Shown piece after piece: positions 8,996 through 18,074 of a stretch of 64,000 nt of DNA. A program made the position numbers and the translations under genes. The stretch comes from a virus. Lineage: Duplodnaviria > Caudoviricetes. Below the pieces are notes generated by a model that worked only from the letters and a program-made list of their open reading frames with translations, ran no database searches and was not told the origin of the DNA. Positions within the stretch are counted from its first letter, which is position 1. Every line of letters begins with the position of its first letter. The DNA is taken from positions 1 to 64,000 of the IMG/VR virus record IMGVR_UViG_3300027672_001612; one strand, 5' to 3'.

Positions 8996-9571
8996 CTATG
9001 AACGCTGGCGCATTATTTCATCACGCTCTTCAGCAGTAATCTTTGTTAGTCCGGGATTGTCCGGGAATACACAACAAGGTTGCAAGTTATAAAAATCATC
9101 AACATAGTCACACCACTCACGTTTGAATGATTGATCAGTGCCAACTTTATGTACTATCGCAACTCTATTCTCTCTGTCATATACTAACGTAGTATAATCA
9201 CCGAATGATTGAAATTTGCCTAAACGTTGCAATCTGTCTAAATAATCAGTTCCATCATGACTTATGCCAAATGCTGGAAATGTGCCAGACGTCCAATCCC
9301 TATCAATCATCCATTGCTCTTGCAGATCGTCATCGATATCGATAGGTTCGAAAGGTCCAAGTTCTGGGTATTGTTCAGCAAGCCAAAACTTTTCATTGTG
9401 CCAGGGATCGTTATCTGGATCGTGTTCTAATGTTGTTTGATTACAAATAACACCTTCACAGTATGTTTTAATTATAGTAGTACCACCGTTAGCAGTTGTA
9501 TACCAAAGTTGGTCGTTTATAAAACATTTTAGTTCAGATGCTTCTGTATTGTGAGTCCAATTAAGTTCCAT
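8996..9571 (-). CDS. Hypothetical protein (true start likely ATG 9571, leaderless)
   Basis: TAAATA-N5-ATG; the longer track ORF overlaps the divergent gene. Confidence 0.7.
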   Translation of the reverse strand: MELNWTHNTEASELKCFINDQLWYTTANGGTTIIKTYCEGVICNQTTLEHDPDNDPWHNEKFWLAEQYPELGPFEPIDIDDDLQEQWMIDRDWTSGTFPAFGISHDGTDYLDRLQRLGKFQSFGDYTTLVYDRENRVAIVHKVGTDQSFKREWCDYVDDFYNLQPCCVFPDNPGLTKITAEERDEIMRQRS

Positions 9572-9602
9572 ATAAGTATTTAGCTTTGGATAAATATATG
9601 TT

Positions 9603-10988
9603 ATGCTATTCGGGATATTAACATTAATTACAGCCTTGGCGATTGCCGGGGTAGCCGCTTGGTTCTCTATCATAGGGCTCATGAGCATTTTCTCCGCCGC
9701 CGCAATGCCGATAGCAGTAATGGCTGGCGTACTAGAAGTAGGCAAATTACTTACAGCAAGTTGGCTGTACAGGTATTGGGACGAGACCGGCATACTATTA
9801 AAAAGTTATCTAAGTGTTGCTGTAGCAGTACTAATGTTGATAACATCAATGGGTATCTTTGGATATCTTTCAAAAGCACATTTGGATCAAGCAGGCGAAA
9901 GCGGAGATGCATTCGCTATTGTAGAACGACTAGAAAGCAAAGTTGCTAGAGAAGAAAACAAAATTACAATACTTGAAGACCGTATTGCCAGCCTACAAAC
10001 AGGTGGCGGCATGGATACTACTTCAAGCATAGAACAACAAGCAACAATTAGAGACGGTGCTTGGGAAAGAGTACAAGGTGACATTGACTATGCCCAAGGA
10101 CAAATCCAAAGTGTAAGAGATCAACTAGTTATTGACCTCAAAGCACAAGATGATAAACTAATACCGTTAGACAGCATTGTAGACAGTTATGCGGACCAGG
10201 GTACAGTTACAACAGGAACCTTTCTTAATAGAAACACTACAGACAATGTTGCTAAAGCAAACGAAGTAAGACAAGAACAGAAAGCAGAACGTGATGCTAT
10301 AGCAGATGAAAAAGATAATCTGCGTACAAGAGCTCAAACAGATATAAACATACAACAAGCAAACATAGACAAGTATAGAACACAGGCACAGAAAACAATA
10401 GAAAATGCAAATGCAGAAATTAACAAACTGCGAAATAGTAGTAGTGCTGACCAAGACCAAGCATTGGTTAAGGTGGATGAATACAACGAACAAATTGATA
10501 CAATATACGATGGCTTAATAGTAATTAAAGATGAAAAGTTTGAAGCCGAAAGTACAGTAAGAGAATTAGAGAAGGAAGTTGGGCCTATTAAATATGTGGC
10601 TCAATTAGTTTACGGTGACGATAGTGCAGACGTATTAGATAAAGCAGTACGGTTGTTTATATTATTACTGGTGTTTGTGTTCGACCCATTAGCAGTTATA
10701 TTAATTATTGCGGCTAACCAAACATTACTTAGGCATGGTATTAACCTAGAGTCCAAAGGACCTCCAATACCGCCTACACCAACCGAACCTCCTCCACAAA
10801 ACGAATTAGAACAAGTATGGGATAATAAAGATTTGGGGAAAGTTACTGATGATGACGAACGAGCACTTATGGAAGGGCAACTTAATCATCTAAAAGAACA
10901 ACTAGTTGCAGATAGGTTGACACAACAAAATGCATCAGACGATGCCGCTACAGCAATGGCTGAAAGCGCCTCCAAAAAAAAAGACTAG
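9603..10988 (+). CDS. Multi-pass membrane protein with long coiled coil (short isoform)
   Basis: About three N-terminal TM helices, about 250 aa heptad-rich region, a further TM near residue 350; ends right after an A9 run. Confidence 0.85.
   Translation: MLFGILTLITALAIAGVAAWFSIIGLMSIFSAAAMPIAVMAGVLEVGKLLTASWLYRYWDETGILLKSYLSVAVAVLMLITSMGIFGYLSKAHLDQAGESGDAFAIVERLESKVAREENKITILEDRIASLQTGGGMDTTSSIEQQATIRDGAWERVQGDIDYAQGQIQSVRDQLVIDLKAQDDKLIPLDSIVDSYADQGTVTTGTFLNRNTTDNVAKANEVRQEQKAERDAIADEKDNLRTRAQTDINIQQANIDKYRTQAQKTIENANAEINKLRNSSSADQDQALVKVDEYNEQIDTIYDGLIVIKDEKFEAESTVRELEKEVGPIKYVAQLVYGDDSADVLDKAVRLFILLLVFVFDPLAVILIIAANQTLLRHGINLESKGPPIPPTPTEPPPQNELEQVWDNKDLGKVTDDDERALMEGQLNHLKEQLVADRLTQQNASDDAATAMAESASKKKD
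10974..10982 (+). other. A9 slippery site (candidate -1 frameshift or transcriptional slippage)
   Basis: TCC AAA AAA AAA GAC TAG; the -1 frame is open from 10964 to 11650. Confidence 0.6.
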
Positions 10989-11650
10989 AAGAAGCTCTTA
11001 AATCCTTAAATAAAAAATATGAAAAGACATTAAAACTCTTGAGTGATAAGCCGAAAGAAGTTATAATAGAGAAACAAGTTGAAAAGATAGTAGAAAAGAT
11101 AGTAGAAGTAGAAGTACCAGTTGAAGTCCCAGTTGAAGTTATTAAAGAAATAATAGTTACTAAGGAGATTGAAGTTGAAAAATTCATCGAGATTGAAAAA
11201 CCAGTCGAGGTTGAGGTCATCAAGGAGACAGTTCGAATTGTTGAAAAGGAAGTGCAAGGGCCAGAACGTATTGTTGAAGTCCCAGGACCAGAACGAATTG
11301 TTGAAGTCCCAGGACCAGAACGAATTGTCGAACGTGTTGTTGAAGTCCCAGGACGAGAACGAGTCGTAGTTAGGACAGATAACAGCAAGATAGAAGAGTT
11401 AGAACAACGTTTAGCAGTTAAGCCTTCAGTAGTTGAGAAGGCTAATGCTAACAACTTAATTGAAGCCGCAAGGATCATGTCTGAGAGCGAGTTCAATAAA
11501 GAAGGGTATACTGAGGAAGAAATATTAAATATGCTTACAAAGACAAGTGAAGAAGAAGTTAATCGTACTTTAGGGTTCTGGGCTATACCATTACCAAAAG
11601 ACGATAATGATAAACCAGATCCAGACAACTTGAGGTATACCACAAAATAA
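10982..11650 (+). CDS. VE(V/K)P charged-repeat domain; probable frameshifted C-terminal extension of 9603-10988
   Basis: Frame open upstream of the weak TTG at 11039 (RLEEALKSLNKKYEKTLKLLSDKP...); EKIVEVP/VEVPGPERI repeats. Confidence 0.7.
   Translation, partial: RLEEALKSLNKKYEKTLKLLSDKPKEVIIEKQVEKIVEKIVEVEVPVEVPVEVIKEIIVTKEIEVEKFIEIEKPVEVEVIKETVRIVEKEVQGPERIVEVPGPERIVEVPGPERIVERVVEVPGRERVVVRTDNSKIEELEQRLAVKPSVVEKANANNLIEAARIMSESEFNKEGYTEEEILNMLTKTSEEEVNRTLGFWAIPLPKDDNDKPDPDNLRYTTK
11271..11362 (+). repeat. 27-bp tandem coding repeat (VEVPGPERI), two exact copies plus one degenerate copy
   Basis: ttgttgaagtcccaggaccagaacgaa at 11271 and 11298; variant at 11337. Confidence 0.9.
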
Positions 11651-12921
11651 TGTCCGATAATAAAGATAGTAACCTAGAATGTAGTTTCTGTGGCAAGAAA
11701 CGACATGATGTGCGTAAACTAATCGCTGGACCTAACTCGTATATTTGTAATGAATGTGTGAGTATAAGTCATAAAATTATTAACGAGGACTACGATACTT
11801 CTCCAGACATGGAACTGGAAGATATCCCTACCCCACAAGAAATTAAAGACTACTTAGATGAATATGTAATCAGCCAAGAATATGCAAAAGAGATTCTAAG
11901 TGTATGTGCATACAACCATTATAAGAAAACTTACTACAGCGATGATAAAGACAGTATCGAAAAGAGTAATGTACTATTAATAGGTAGCACTGGTACAGGT
12001 AAAACACTTATAGTACAAACACTTGCTAGGAAACTTGGTGTGCCATTTGCTATAGCAGATGCAACTACACTTACTGAAGCAGGGTACGTTGGTGAAGATG
12101 TAGAGAGTGTAATCGAACGACTACTTAATACATGTGACTGGAACGTAGAAAAAGCACAGAAGGGTATAGTATTCATAGACGAGATTGATAAAAAGGCTCG
12201 TAGCAGTGAGTCTAACACCGGCACAAAGGATATTAGTGGAGAAGGTGTACAACAAGCACTCTTAAGACTAATAGAAGGAACTACTGTAAAGATTTCCACT
12301 AACGGCTCAAAGCGTATGGATGACTTTATTGAATTTGATACTAAAGACGTATTGTTTATAGTAGGCGGAGCATTTGTAGGGTTAGACAAGATTGTTAACA
12401 AAAAATTAAAGAAAGGATCGATAGGATTCAATCAGAAAGTTCACAGTAAGAAAACAGATGTAAATTGGCTAGACCATGTTGAACATGATGACATTATCAG
12501 CTATGGATTAATTCCAGAGTTTGCTGGTAGGTTACCTAATATTGTAGGATTAGAAGATTTAGACCAAGATGATATGTTTAGCATATTAACTAATGCTAAA
12601 TCTAGTTGTATTACACAGGTAACAAAATTATTAGAATTAGATGAAATAGAATTACAGTTTGAGGAGCAATATCTTAAAGACGTTGCCGAGATTGCTGTAA
12701 AGAAAAAAGTTGGAGCAAGAGGATTAAAAAGCATTGTAGAAAACAGTTTACACAATATAATGTTTAGGGCGCCAATATTAAGACAGGAACAAGTGCAACA
12801 AGTGATATTTAATAAGTATCCTAAAACGGTTGACTTGCATCCTGTATTTGTGTATACTAACGGCAATAGTGAAATTGATAGACACTATAAAATTAAACTT
12901 AGAGGTAAAAGTGAGTTATAA
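11650..12921 (+). CDS. clpX: Clp protease ATPase ClpX
   Basis: C4 zinc finger (CSFCGK..ICNEC), GSTGTGKT, TEAGYVGEDVE, FIDEIDK, GEGVQQALL, IGF loop, GARGL. Confidence 0.96.
   Translation: MSDNKDSNLECSFCGKKRHDVRKLIAGPNSYICNECVSISHKIINEDYDTSPDMELEDIPTPQEIKDYLDEYVISQEYAKEILSVCAYNHYKKTYYSDDKDSIEKSNVLLIGSTGTGKTLIVQTLARKLGVPFAIADATTLTEAGYVGEDVESVIERLLNTCDWNVEKAQKGIVFIDEIDKKARSSESNTGTKDISGEGVQQALLRLIEGTTVKISTNGSKRMDDFIEFDTKDVLFIVGGAFVGLDKIVNKKLKKGSIGFNQKVHSKKTDVNWLDHVEHDDIISYGLIPEFAGRLPNIVGLEDLDQDDMFSILTNAKSSCITQVTKLLELDEIELQFEEQYLKDVAEIAVKKKVGARGLKSIVENSLHNIMFRAPILRQEQVQQVIFNKYPKTVDLHPVFVYTNGNSEIDRHYKIKLRGKSEL
12830..12858 (+). promoter_or_regulatory. sigma70-type promoter inside the clpX 3' end, driving bS21
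   Basis: AAAACGG-TTGACT-N17-TATACT. Confidence 0.65.
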
Positions 12922-13342
12922 TCGAGATAACAATAATAACAAATCGTTCACTAGAGATTTTAATTCTAGAAAACGTGATGACAAGCCAAGAGTAGAGCCA
13001 CACTATCTTGACGCCTATAAACCAGGTGTTGAAGTTAGAAATGGTGATGTTGGTAAAGCATTGAGGATATTGAAGAAGCGTTTAGAAAAAGCAGAGTTCC
13101 AAAAGACTATGTCTAAACTACAATATTTTGAGAAACCGAGTCAGAAAAGAAAGCGTATGAAAGACCAAGCGAAGAAGCGTTGGAGCAAACAAGTACGTGA
13201 TATGGAAGCCTCCGGAGCTCAACGACAGTACGAACCTACTGGAACTAAATGGATGAAAGATAAAAGAAAAACTAGGAAACATGCACTTGTGAAGGCGAAA
13301 CTACAAATTCAACTTCGTAAGAAAGGTCCTTTTCATTCGTGA
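12911..13342 (+). CDS. rpsU: Ribosomal protein bS21 homologue with N- and C-terminal extensions
   Basis: VEVRNGDVGKALRILKK...QYFEKPSQKRKR core; GAGGT SD before GTG 12911. Confidence 0.85.
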   Translation: MSYNRDNNNNKSFTRDFNSRKRDDKPRVEPHYLDAYKPGVEVRNGDVGKALRILKKRLEKAEFQKTMSKLQYFEKPSQKRKRMKDQAKKRWSKQVRDMEASGAQRQYEPTGTKWMKDKRKTRKHALVKAKLQIQLRKKGPFHS

Positions 13343-14115
13343 AAGTAGTAATCGTTAGTGGAGGATTTGATCCTTTGCATAGCGGTCATATCGCCTACTT
13401 GTCAGACGCGGGCCATCTAGGCGACAAGTTAATTGTAGCACTTAATAGTGATGCATGGTTAACTCGTAAGAAAGGTAGACCGTTTATGTCTTTTGAAGAA
13501 AGGGCATGTATTATCGACAGATTAGATATGGTAGATAGTGTATGGGGTTTTGATGACTCCGACGGAAGTGTATGTAAAGCATTGGAACAAGCCAAGAAAG
13601 CATACCCTTCACATGAGATTATATTTTGTAATGGCGGAGACCGTACAAAAAACAACATTCCAGAAATGGCTGTTGAAGGTATTGAATTTATATTTGGTGT
13701 TGGCAGTGAGAATAAGTCCAACAGCAGTAGTTGGATATTAAAGGAATGGAAGTATCCAACTGAACGCAGAGTATGGGGCGAGTTTAGTGACTTGTTTCAA
13801 GACGAAGCAGTTCGTGTTAAAGAACTTATAATTGAGCCTGGTAAAGGCATCAGTTACCAAAGACACTTTAAACGTGATGAGATTTGGTTTGTTAGTAAAG
13901 GTGAATGCGAAATAAAGCATGGCATCTACCCTAAGTATCCAGAACAATTTACAATACGAGCATTACACACAGATGAATCGTTTACAGTTAGACGTAACGA
14001 ATGGCATCAAATTGTTAATAGGACCACAGAGAATTGTCATATTATAGAAATACAATACGGTGGTGACACACATGAAGACGATATTGAAAGACTATCGTAC
14101 TATGATGGAGAATAA
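13339..14115 (+). CDS. Cytidylyltransferase (RfaE-like) fused to a cupin (MPI type II-like)
   Basis: GGFDPLHSGH, NGGDR, NSSSWIL; C-terminal RVWG..SYQRHFKRDEIW..WHQI. Confidence 0.85.
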   Translation: MKVVIVSGGFDPLHSGHIAYLSDAGHLGDKLIVALNSDAWLTRKKGRPFMSFEERACIIDRLDMVDSVWGFDDSDGSVCKALEQAKKAYPSHEIIFCNGGDRTKNNIPEMAVEGIEFIFGVGSENKSNSSSWILKEWKYPTERRVWGEFSDLFQDEAVRVKELIIEPGKGISYQRHFKRDEIWFVSKGECEIKHGIYPKYPEQFTIRALHTDESFTVRRNEWHQIVNRTTENCHIIEIQYGGDTHEDDIERLSYYDGE

Positions 14116-14556
14116 ATGGAAATGAGAGACATAGATACGAACAAAGTATGTGATATACTTAACGAGATTGTGGAATATGAAATGGCAGGAGTAGTTAGAT
14201 ACTCGCATAGTTCATTAATGATAACAGGTCCTAACAGGATTCCTATTGTTACATTTCTACAAGAACAAGCAAATGAAAGTTTAGCTCACGCCTTACAGGC
14301 TGGCGAACTTATCACAGGCTTAGACGGACACCCTAGTCAACGAATAGCAAATATTGAAGAGTCGCATAATCATTCTGTACAACAGGTACTTGAAGAAAGT
14401 TTAGCACACGAACTACACGCTGTCGGCTTGTATAAATCATTGCTACAAGAAGTTTCAGATGCAAGTATTTACTTAGAAGAATATGCACGTGGACAGATAG
14501 GTGCGGAAGAACAACATGCATTGGAACTTAAGAAGATGTTAAAAGATTACGCATAA
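14116..14556 (+). CDS. Bacterioferritin/ferritin-like protein
   Basis: Four-helix pattern: YEMAG, ESLAHA, HELHA, EEQHA. Confidence 0.8.
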   Translation: MEMRDIDTNKVCDILNEIVEYEMAGVVRYSHSSLMITGPNRIPIVTFLQEQANESLAHALQAGELITGLDGHPSQRIANIEESHNHSVQQVLEESLAHELHAVGLYKSLLQEVSDASIYLEEYARGQIGAEEQHALELKKMLKDYA

Positions 14557-14744
14557 TGTCAGTACCTAGAGGAAAACCAATACCTAAAGGCATGATACGA
14601 ATGACTGTGCAAATAGAAGTACCCTATGAACATGATATTATGAATTACGGTTATGTTGCAAGGGAAAAAATTAAAGAGTACATAGACAACGACCATTACG
14701 GATTCCAATTAGAAAACGGAGCATCGACTACAAATGAAACTTGA
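14556..14744 (+). CDS. Hypothetical protein
   Basis: 62 aa ORF coupled to its neighbours. Confidence 0.6.
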   Translation: MSVPRGKPIPKGMIRMTVQIEVPYEHDIMNYGYVAREKIKEYIDNDHYGFQLENGASTTNET

Positions 14745-15171
14745 TTATAAAGGTTCTGGCACTATAGGATTTACTTGTAGTACATTTGATTTACTACACG
14801 CAGGACATATTGTTATGCTCGAAGAAGCCAAACATCACTGCGATTACTTAATAGTAGGTTTACAAAATGACCCTACTGAAGATAGACCAACAAAGAACAA
14901 GCCGGTACAAAGTATTGTTGAAAGACAAATACAATTGGCGGCTGTGAAGTATGTAGATGAAATTGTTATTTACAATACTGAACAAGACCTAACCGACCTA
15001 CTACTAACGTTACCTATTAATGTTAGAGTTCTAGGAGATGAATACAAAACTAAAGACTTTACAGGTAAAGATATAGCCAAGCAACGTGGTTGCAAAATTA
15101 TATATAACCCTAGAGACCATAGTTTTAGTAGCACTTCGTTACGCAAACGTGTAGTTAGCAACGAATCTTAA
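14734..15171 (+). CDS. Glycerol-3-phosphate cytidylyltransferase (TagD-like)
   Basis: STFDLLHAGH, KYVDEI, RDHSFSSTSLR. Confidence 0.85.
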   Translation: MKLDYKGSGTIGFTCSTFDLLHAGHIVMLEEAKHHCDYLIVGLQNDPTEDRPTKNKPVQSIVERQIQLAAVKYVDEIVIYNTEQDLTDLLLTLPINVRVLGDEYKTKDFTGKDIAKQRGCKIIYNPRDHSFSSTSLRKRVVSNES

Positions 15172-15178
15172 AAAAAGG

Positions 15179-15206
15179 TTGACTTTGAATCTAATACCTG
15201 TATAAT
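15179..15206 (+). promoter_or_regulatory. sigma70-type promoter
   Basis: AAAAAGG-TTGACT-N16-TATAAT. Confidence 0.75.
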
Positions 15207-15258
15207 ATACACTATGTTAAGGAATGTTCCTTAGCAGTTAATTGATCTAGGAGGTCAT

Positions 15259-15525
15259 ATGACTACATCAACAGTAACTCTAACTAAAGAGCAAAAAGTT
15301 CTATCAGCTTTACAAGAAGGCAGAACTCTATCCTCAGCACAAATCAAATCATTTTTTGGTGCTGGTAACCCACAAGCAGTAATTCAATCACTAAGATTCA
15401 AAGGATTTCCAATCTATTTGAATGTTGTGACTGATACAAAAAATCGTTCAAGAAACGTGTACAGATTAGGTACGCCTTCAAGAGCTATTATTGCCGCTGG
15501 TTATAAAGCAATGGCTAATTCGTAA
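15259..15525 (+). CDS. Winged-helix DNA-binding protein
   Basis: KVLSALQEGRTLSSAQI..NPQAVIQSLRFKG..YRLG; GGAGG SD. Confidence 0.7.
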   Translation: MTTSTVTLTKEQKVLSALQEGRTLSSAQIKSFFGAGNPQAVIQSLRFKGFPIYLNVVTDTKNRSRNVYRLGTPSRAIIAAGYKAMANS

Positions 15526-15541
15526 GTAATTACGATATATT

Positions 15542-15566
15542 AAAAGGACCTTCGGGTCCTTTTTTT
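15542..15566 (+). terminator. Rho-independent terminator
   Basis: AAAAGGACC-TTCG-GGTCCTTTTTTT. Confidence 0.9.
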
Positions 15567-15597
15567 ATGGCTAACAACTTAATAAGGAAGAACAGAT

Positions 15598-15765
15598 ATG
15601 GATATCGCATTAGTAGTAAGTTTTCTTTTAGTCTTGTTTGTATTTGAACCAGGCAATGAGAAGATTAATAAGTATTGTAAACAAGCAGTTATTGATAAAG
15701 AATTTGAAAGTCGTAAATCGTGTTGGGATTATTACACTGATTATCGAGACACAATTCCCGAATAG
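15598..15765 (+). CDS. Small membrane-anchored protein (55 aa, not in the track)
   Basis: MDIALVVSFLLVLFVF...CKQ...CWDYY; AAGGA SD. Confidence 0.6.
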   Translation: MDIALVVSFLLVLFVFEPGNEKINKYCKQAVIDKEFESRKSCWDYYTDYRDTIPE

Positions 15766-15821
15766 AAAAGGTAAATACTATTACCAATCAACTCTATCCT
15801 CCCAATAGTTATATAAAAGAC

Positions 15822-15849
15822 TTGACATATTTGAAAAAATGTGTATAAT
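15822..15849 (+). promoter_or_regulatory. sigma70-type promoter
   Basis: TTGACA-N16-TATAAT. Confidence 0.75.
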
Positions 15850-15926
15850 ATAATAATGCTTGGGACAATTGGCAGGGTGATTCTATTCTGTCTAAGAAGC
15901 CAAAGTATACAAAAAGGAGGAATAAA

Positions 15927-16571
15927 ATGAAAAATTTATTCAACATTGATAACGCATTTAAGATACTAGTTGTATTACTATTGTCTGTAATGGCGTTTGG
16001 TGCCAATGCGGCATCTCTAGGCGGAAGTATTGGTTATGGAAATGACTATACCTTCAGAGGACAGACTCAGACACAAGGCAGTGGCTTTGCTTTCGGATCT
16101 ATTGATTTAGATCTTGAAAACGGTGCTTATGTTGGTGTATGGGTTGGTGAAGTCGACTTTGCAGGCGGTGACGCTGATGCAGAGATTGATATGTATGCAG
16201 GATATCAGCACGAATTTAGTGATATGATTTCTGTAGGCGTACAATACACAGACTACTCATACAGCGGAGATTCATCTTTAGATGGTTCCGAGTATACAGT
16301 ATCTGGTTCGTTCGGCGATCTTACGCTTTCACACACAATTGGACAGGAAGATTATAACGACTATTCATTAGTCACTTATAATTTAATGGACTTTGTGGAT
16401 GTCTCGTATGGTACACTGGATACTGTCGGTGAACACTACACTATTAGCAAAAGTTTCGAATTGCCTTTGGGCTTAGACGCTGATGTTAGCTATGTAGATT
16501 TCACAGCAGATAGTGGATCCAATGCAGTTGATGAAGACGCTTTTGTCGTCAGAGTTAGCAAATCCTTCTAA
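15927..16571 (+). CDS. TorF/Gcw_chp-family outer membrane beta-barrel (putative porin)
   Basis: Signal peptide (ANA), DYTFRGQTQT, GAYVGVW, EIDMYAGY, C-terminal Phe. Confidence 0.82.
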   Translation: MKNLFNIDNAFKILVVLLLSVMAFGANAASLGGSIGYGNDYTFRGQTQTQGSGFAFGSIDLDLENGAYVGVWVGEVDFAGGDADAEIDMYAGYQHEFSDMISVGVQYTDYSYSGDSSLDGSEYTVSGSFGDLTLSHTIGQEDYNDYSLVTYNLMDFVDVSYGTLDTVGEHYTISKSFELPLGLDADVSYVDFTADSGSNAVDEDAFVVRVSKSF

Positions 16572-16583
16572 GGTAGCTTAGAT

Positions 16584-16619
16584 AAATGCCCCAAACAGCA
16601 ATGTGCGGGGTATTTTTTT
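16584..16619 (+). terminator. Terminator
   Basis: AATGCCCC...GGGGTATTTTTTT. Confidence 0.7.
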
Positions 16620-16661
16620 GGCTGAAATACCAAAAGATTACCAGAATTCGTGGTAAAAAGG

Positions 16662-16690
16662 TTGACTTGGACCCTGTTTTCTAGTATAAT
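16662..16690 (+). promoter_or_regulatory. sigma70-type early promoter
   Basis: AAAAAGG-TTGACT-N17-TATAAT. Confidence 0.85.
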
Positions 16691-16723
16691 ATATGTATAT
16701 TAAGCAAAAAGGGAAAGGATAAT

Positions 16724-17011
16724 ATGCAAACAAGATTCAATAAAGAGCTATTTCAATGGGACGGAATGTACCTAATGTATACAGGAGAGCATTCTCAGTC
16801 TAAGTATTTTGAGCTACCGTGTCATCCTACTAGAGTAGGAACACCTAAGTCAGAGTTTATTGCTAGATTTAAATATGGCAATTACAAGCCTTGGAAAGCG
16901 TGGGTTAACTTTATCGTAAAGAACTTTACGGTTGAGGAGTGGTTAGACTTATCAAAGCAAACTCATCCAGTCGGCGCTATGCAAGTTAAAGGCTACACGG
17001 GTAAGTTATAA
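16724..17011 (+). CDS. Hypothetical early protein
   Basis: ORF with SD directly after the promoter. Confidence 0.75.
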   Translation: MQTRFNKELFQWDGMYLMYTGEHSQSKYFELPCHPTRVGTPKSEFIARFKYGNYKPWKAWVNFIVKNFTVEEWLDLSKQTHPVGAMQVKGYTGKL

Positions 17012-17367
17012 TGATTACTCAAAGAAACACAACAGTCCTTGCATCAGAGTATCAACACACAGACGATATGAAGAAGTTCATTAAGGCTACAACAGGTGCT
17101 ATAATGACTCCTGTTCAAGGCAAAGATGATACTTTTTGGATACACGGTGACAAGAGAGGAACTTACCATCAAAAGAAATACTATAAAATCGAATTTGGTT
17201 TTGTAGAGCAAGTTTCTTATAACCCTAACAGACAAGTTAAAGAAGGTTACGGATTTGATATCCAATCAACAGGTGACTTGAACGGTTGGCAGTTAATGGG
17301 AGAGTATCGCACAATGATTAAAGAAGCGATGGCTAACTATAAAAATAAGACAGAAGAGGTCGCATAA
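17011..17367 (+). CDS. Hypothetical early protein
   Basis: TAATG-coupled ORF. Confidence 0.75.
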   Translation: MITQRNTTVLASEYQHTDDMKKFIKATTGAIMTPVQGKDDTFWIHGDKRGTYHQKKYYKIEFGFVEQVSYNPNRQVKEGYGFDIQSTGDLNGWQLMGEYRTMIKEAMANYKNKTEEVA

Positions 17368-17621
17368 TGCAACGTAATTACAAAAAGGCTTTCACTGCCT
17401 TAAAAAAAATAGGTGCACCAGTTATCGTTGGAGATGACTATGGTGATGATCGTTACTTTAAAATAAGTGCAGAAGACAACGACACAGTTGTTTGGGCAGA
17501 CTACTATAATATGGGCATGGGCCTGTTTGGTGTTAACCAAGATATAGTTGATATACTCGATGCTAACGGCTTGTTTGCAGAGTGGATTAACCCTGGCATT
17601 ATAGGTGTACACGAAGCCTAA
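17367..17621 (+). CDS. Hypothetical early protein
   Basis: TAATG-coupled ORF. Confidence 0.75.
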   Translation: MQRNYKKAFTALKKIGAPVIVGDDYGDDRYFKISAEDNDTVVWADYYNMGMGLFGVNQDIVDILDANGLFAEWINPGIIGVHEA

Positions 17622-17626
17622 AAAGG

Positions 17627-17655
17627 TTGACTTCTACCACGAAATGTGGTATAAT
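17627..17655 (+). promoter_or_regulatory. sigma70-type early promoter
   Basis: AAAAAGG-TTGACT-N17-TATAAT. Confidence 0.85.
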
Positions 17656-17690
17656 AGTTATATAACAAAGTAAGATGTAGGAGTCGATAA

Positions 17691-18074
17691 ATGTATACCA
17701 AAAATCAAAACACAACAAACCAAAGCAAAGACAAAATTGTATCCATAGACGGTTACAGTATTGGTTCTTTTACTTGCTATAACGCAGACAACGATGATAG
17801 TGCTATTATCCAACTTACTGCATTAGAAGAAATGTGGTATGGTCATGAAGAGAACATAGACCACCCAGAAGGTTCTGAATATCCTGTAAGTATAAATGTT
17901 CCTCATATGAAAGTTATGAGAGACAGAGTTGCTGATAGTGTTCTTAACAGAACTGGTATTAACATAAAAGATTTTGATAGCATTATACATGCGACAACTC
18001 ACCCTGGTAGAGACAAGCAGGGTAATATTATCAATAATGATTTTGGTAATGCAAATGTAGTGAGAAACGTTTAA
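17691..18074 (+). CDS. Hypothetical protein
   Basis: AGGAG SD. Confidence 0.75.
   Translation: MYTKNQNTTNQSKDKIVSIDGYSIGSFTCYNADNDDSAIIQLTALEEMWYGHEENIDHPEGSEYPVSINVPHMKVMRDRVADSVLNRTGINIKDFDSIIHATTHPGRDKQGNIINNDFGNANVVRNV

Noticed and set aside
9572-9793. N-terminal 74 aa of track ORF 8996-9793
   Set aside because: It overlaps the divergent membrane gene; ATG 9571 fits the TAAATA-N5 rule
11271-11362. 27-bp repeats as a CRISPR array
   Set aside because: They are in-frame tandem coding repeats without spacers, and no cas genes are present
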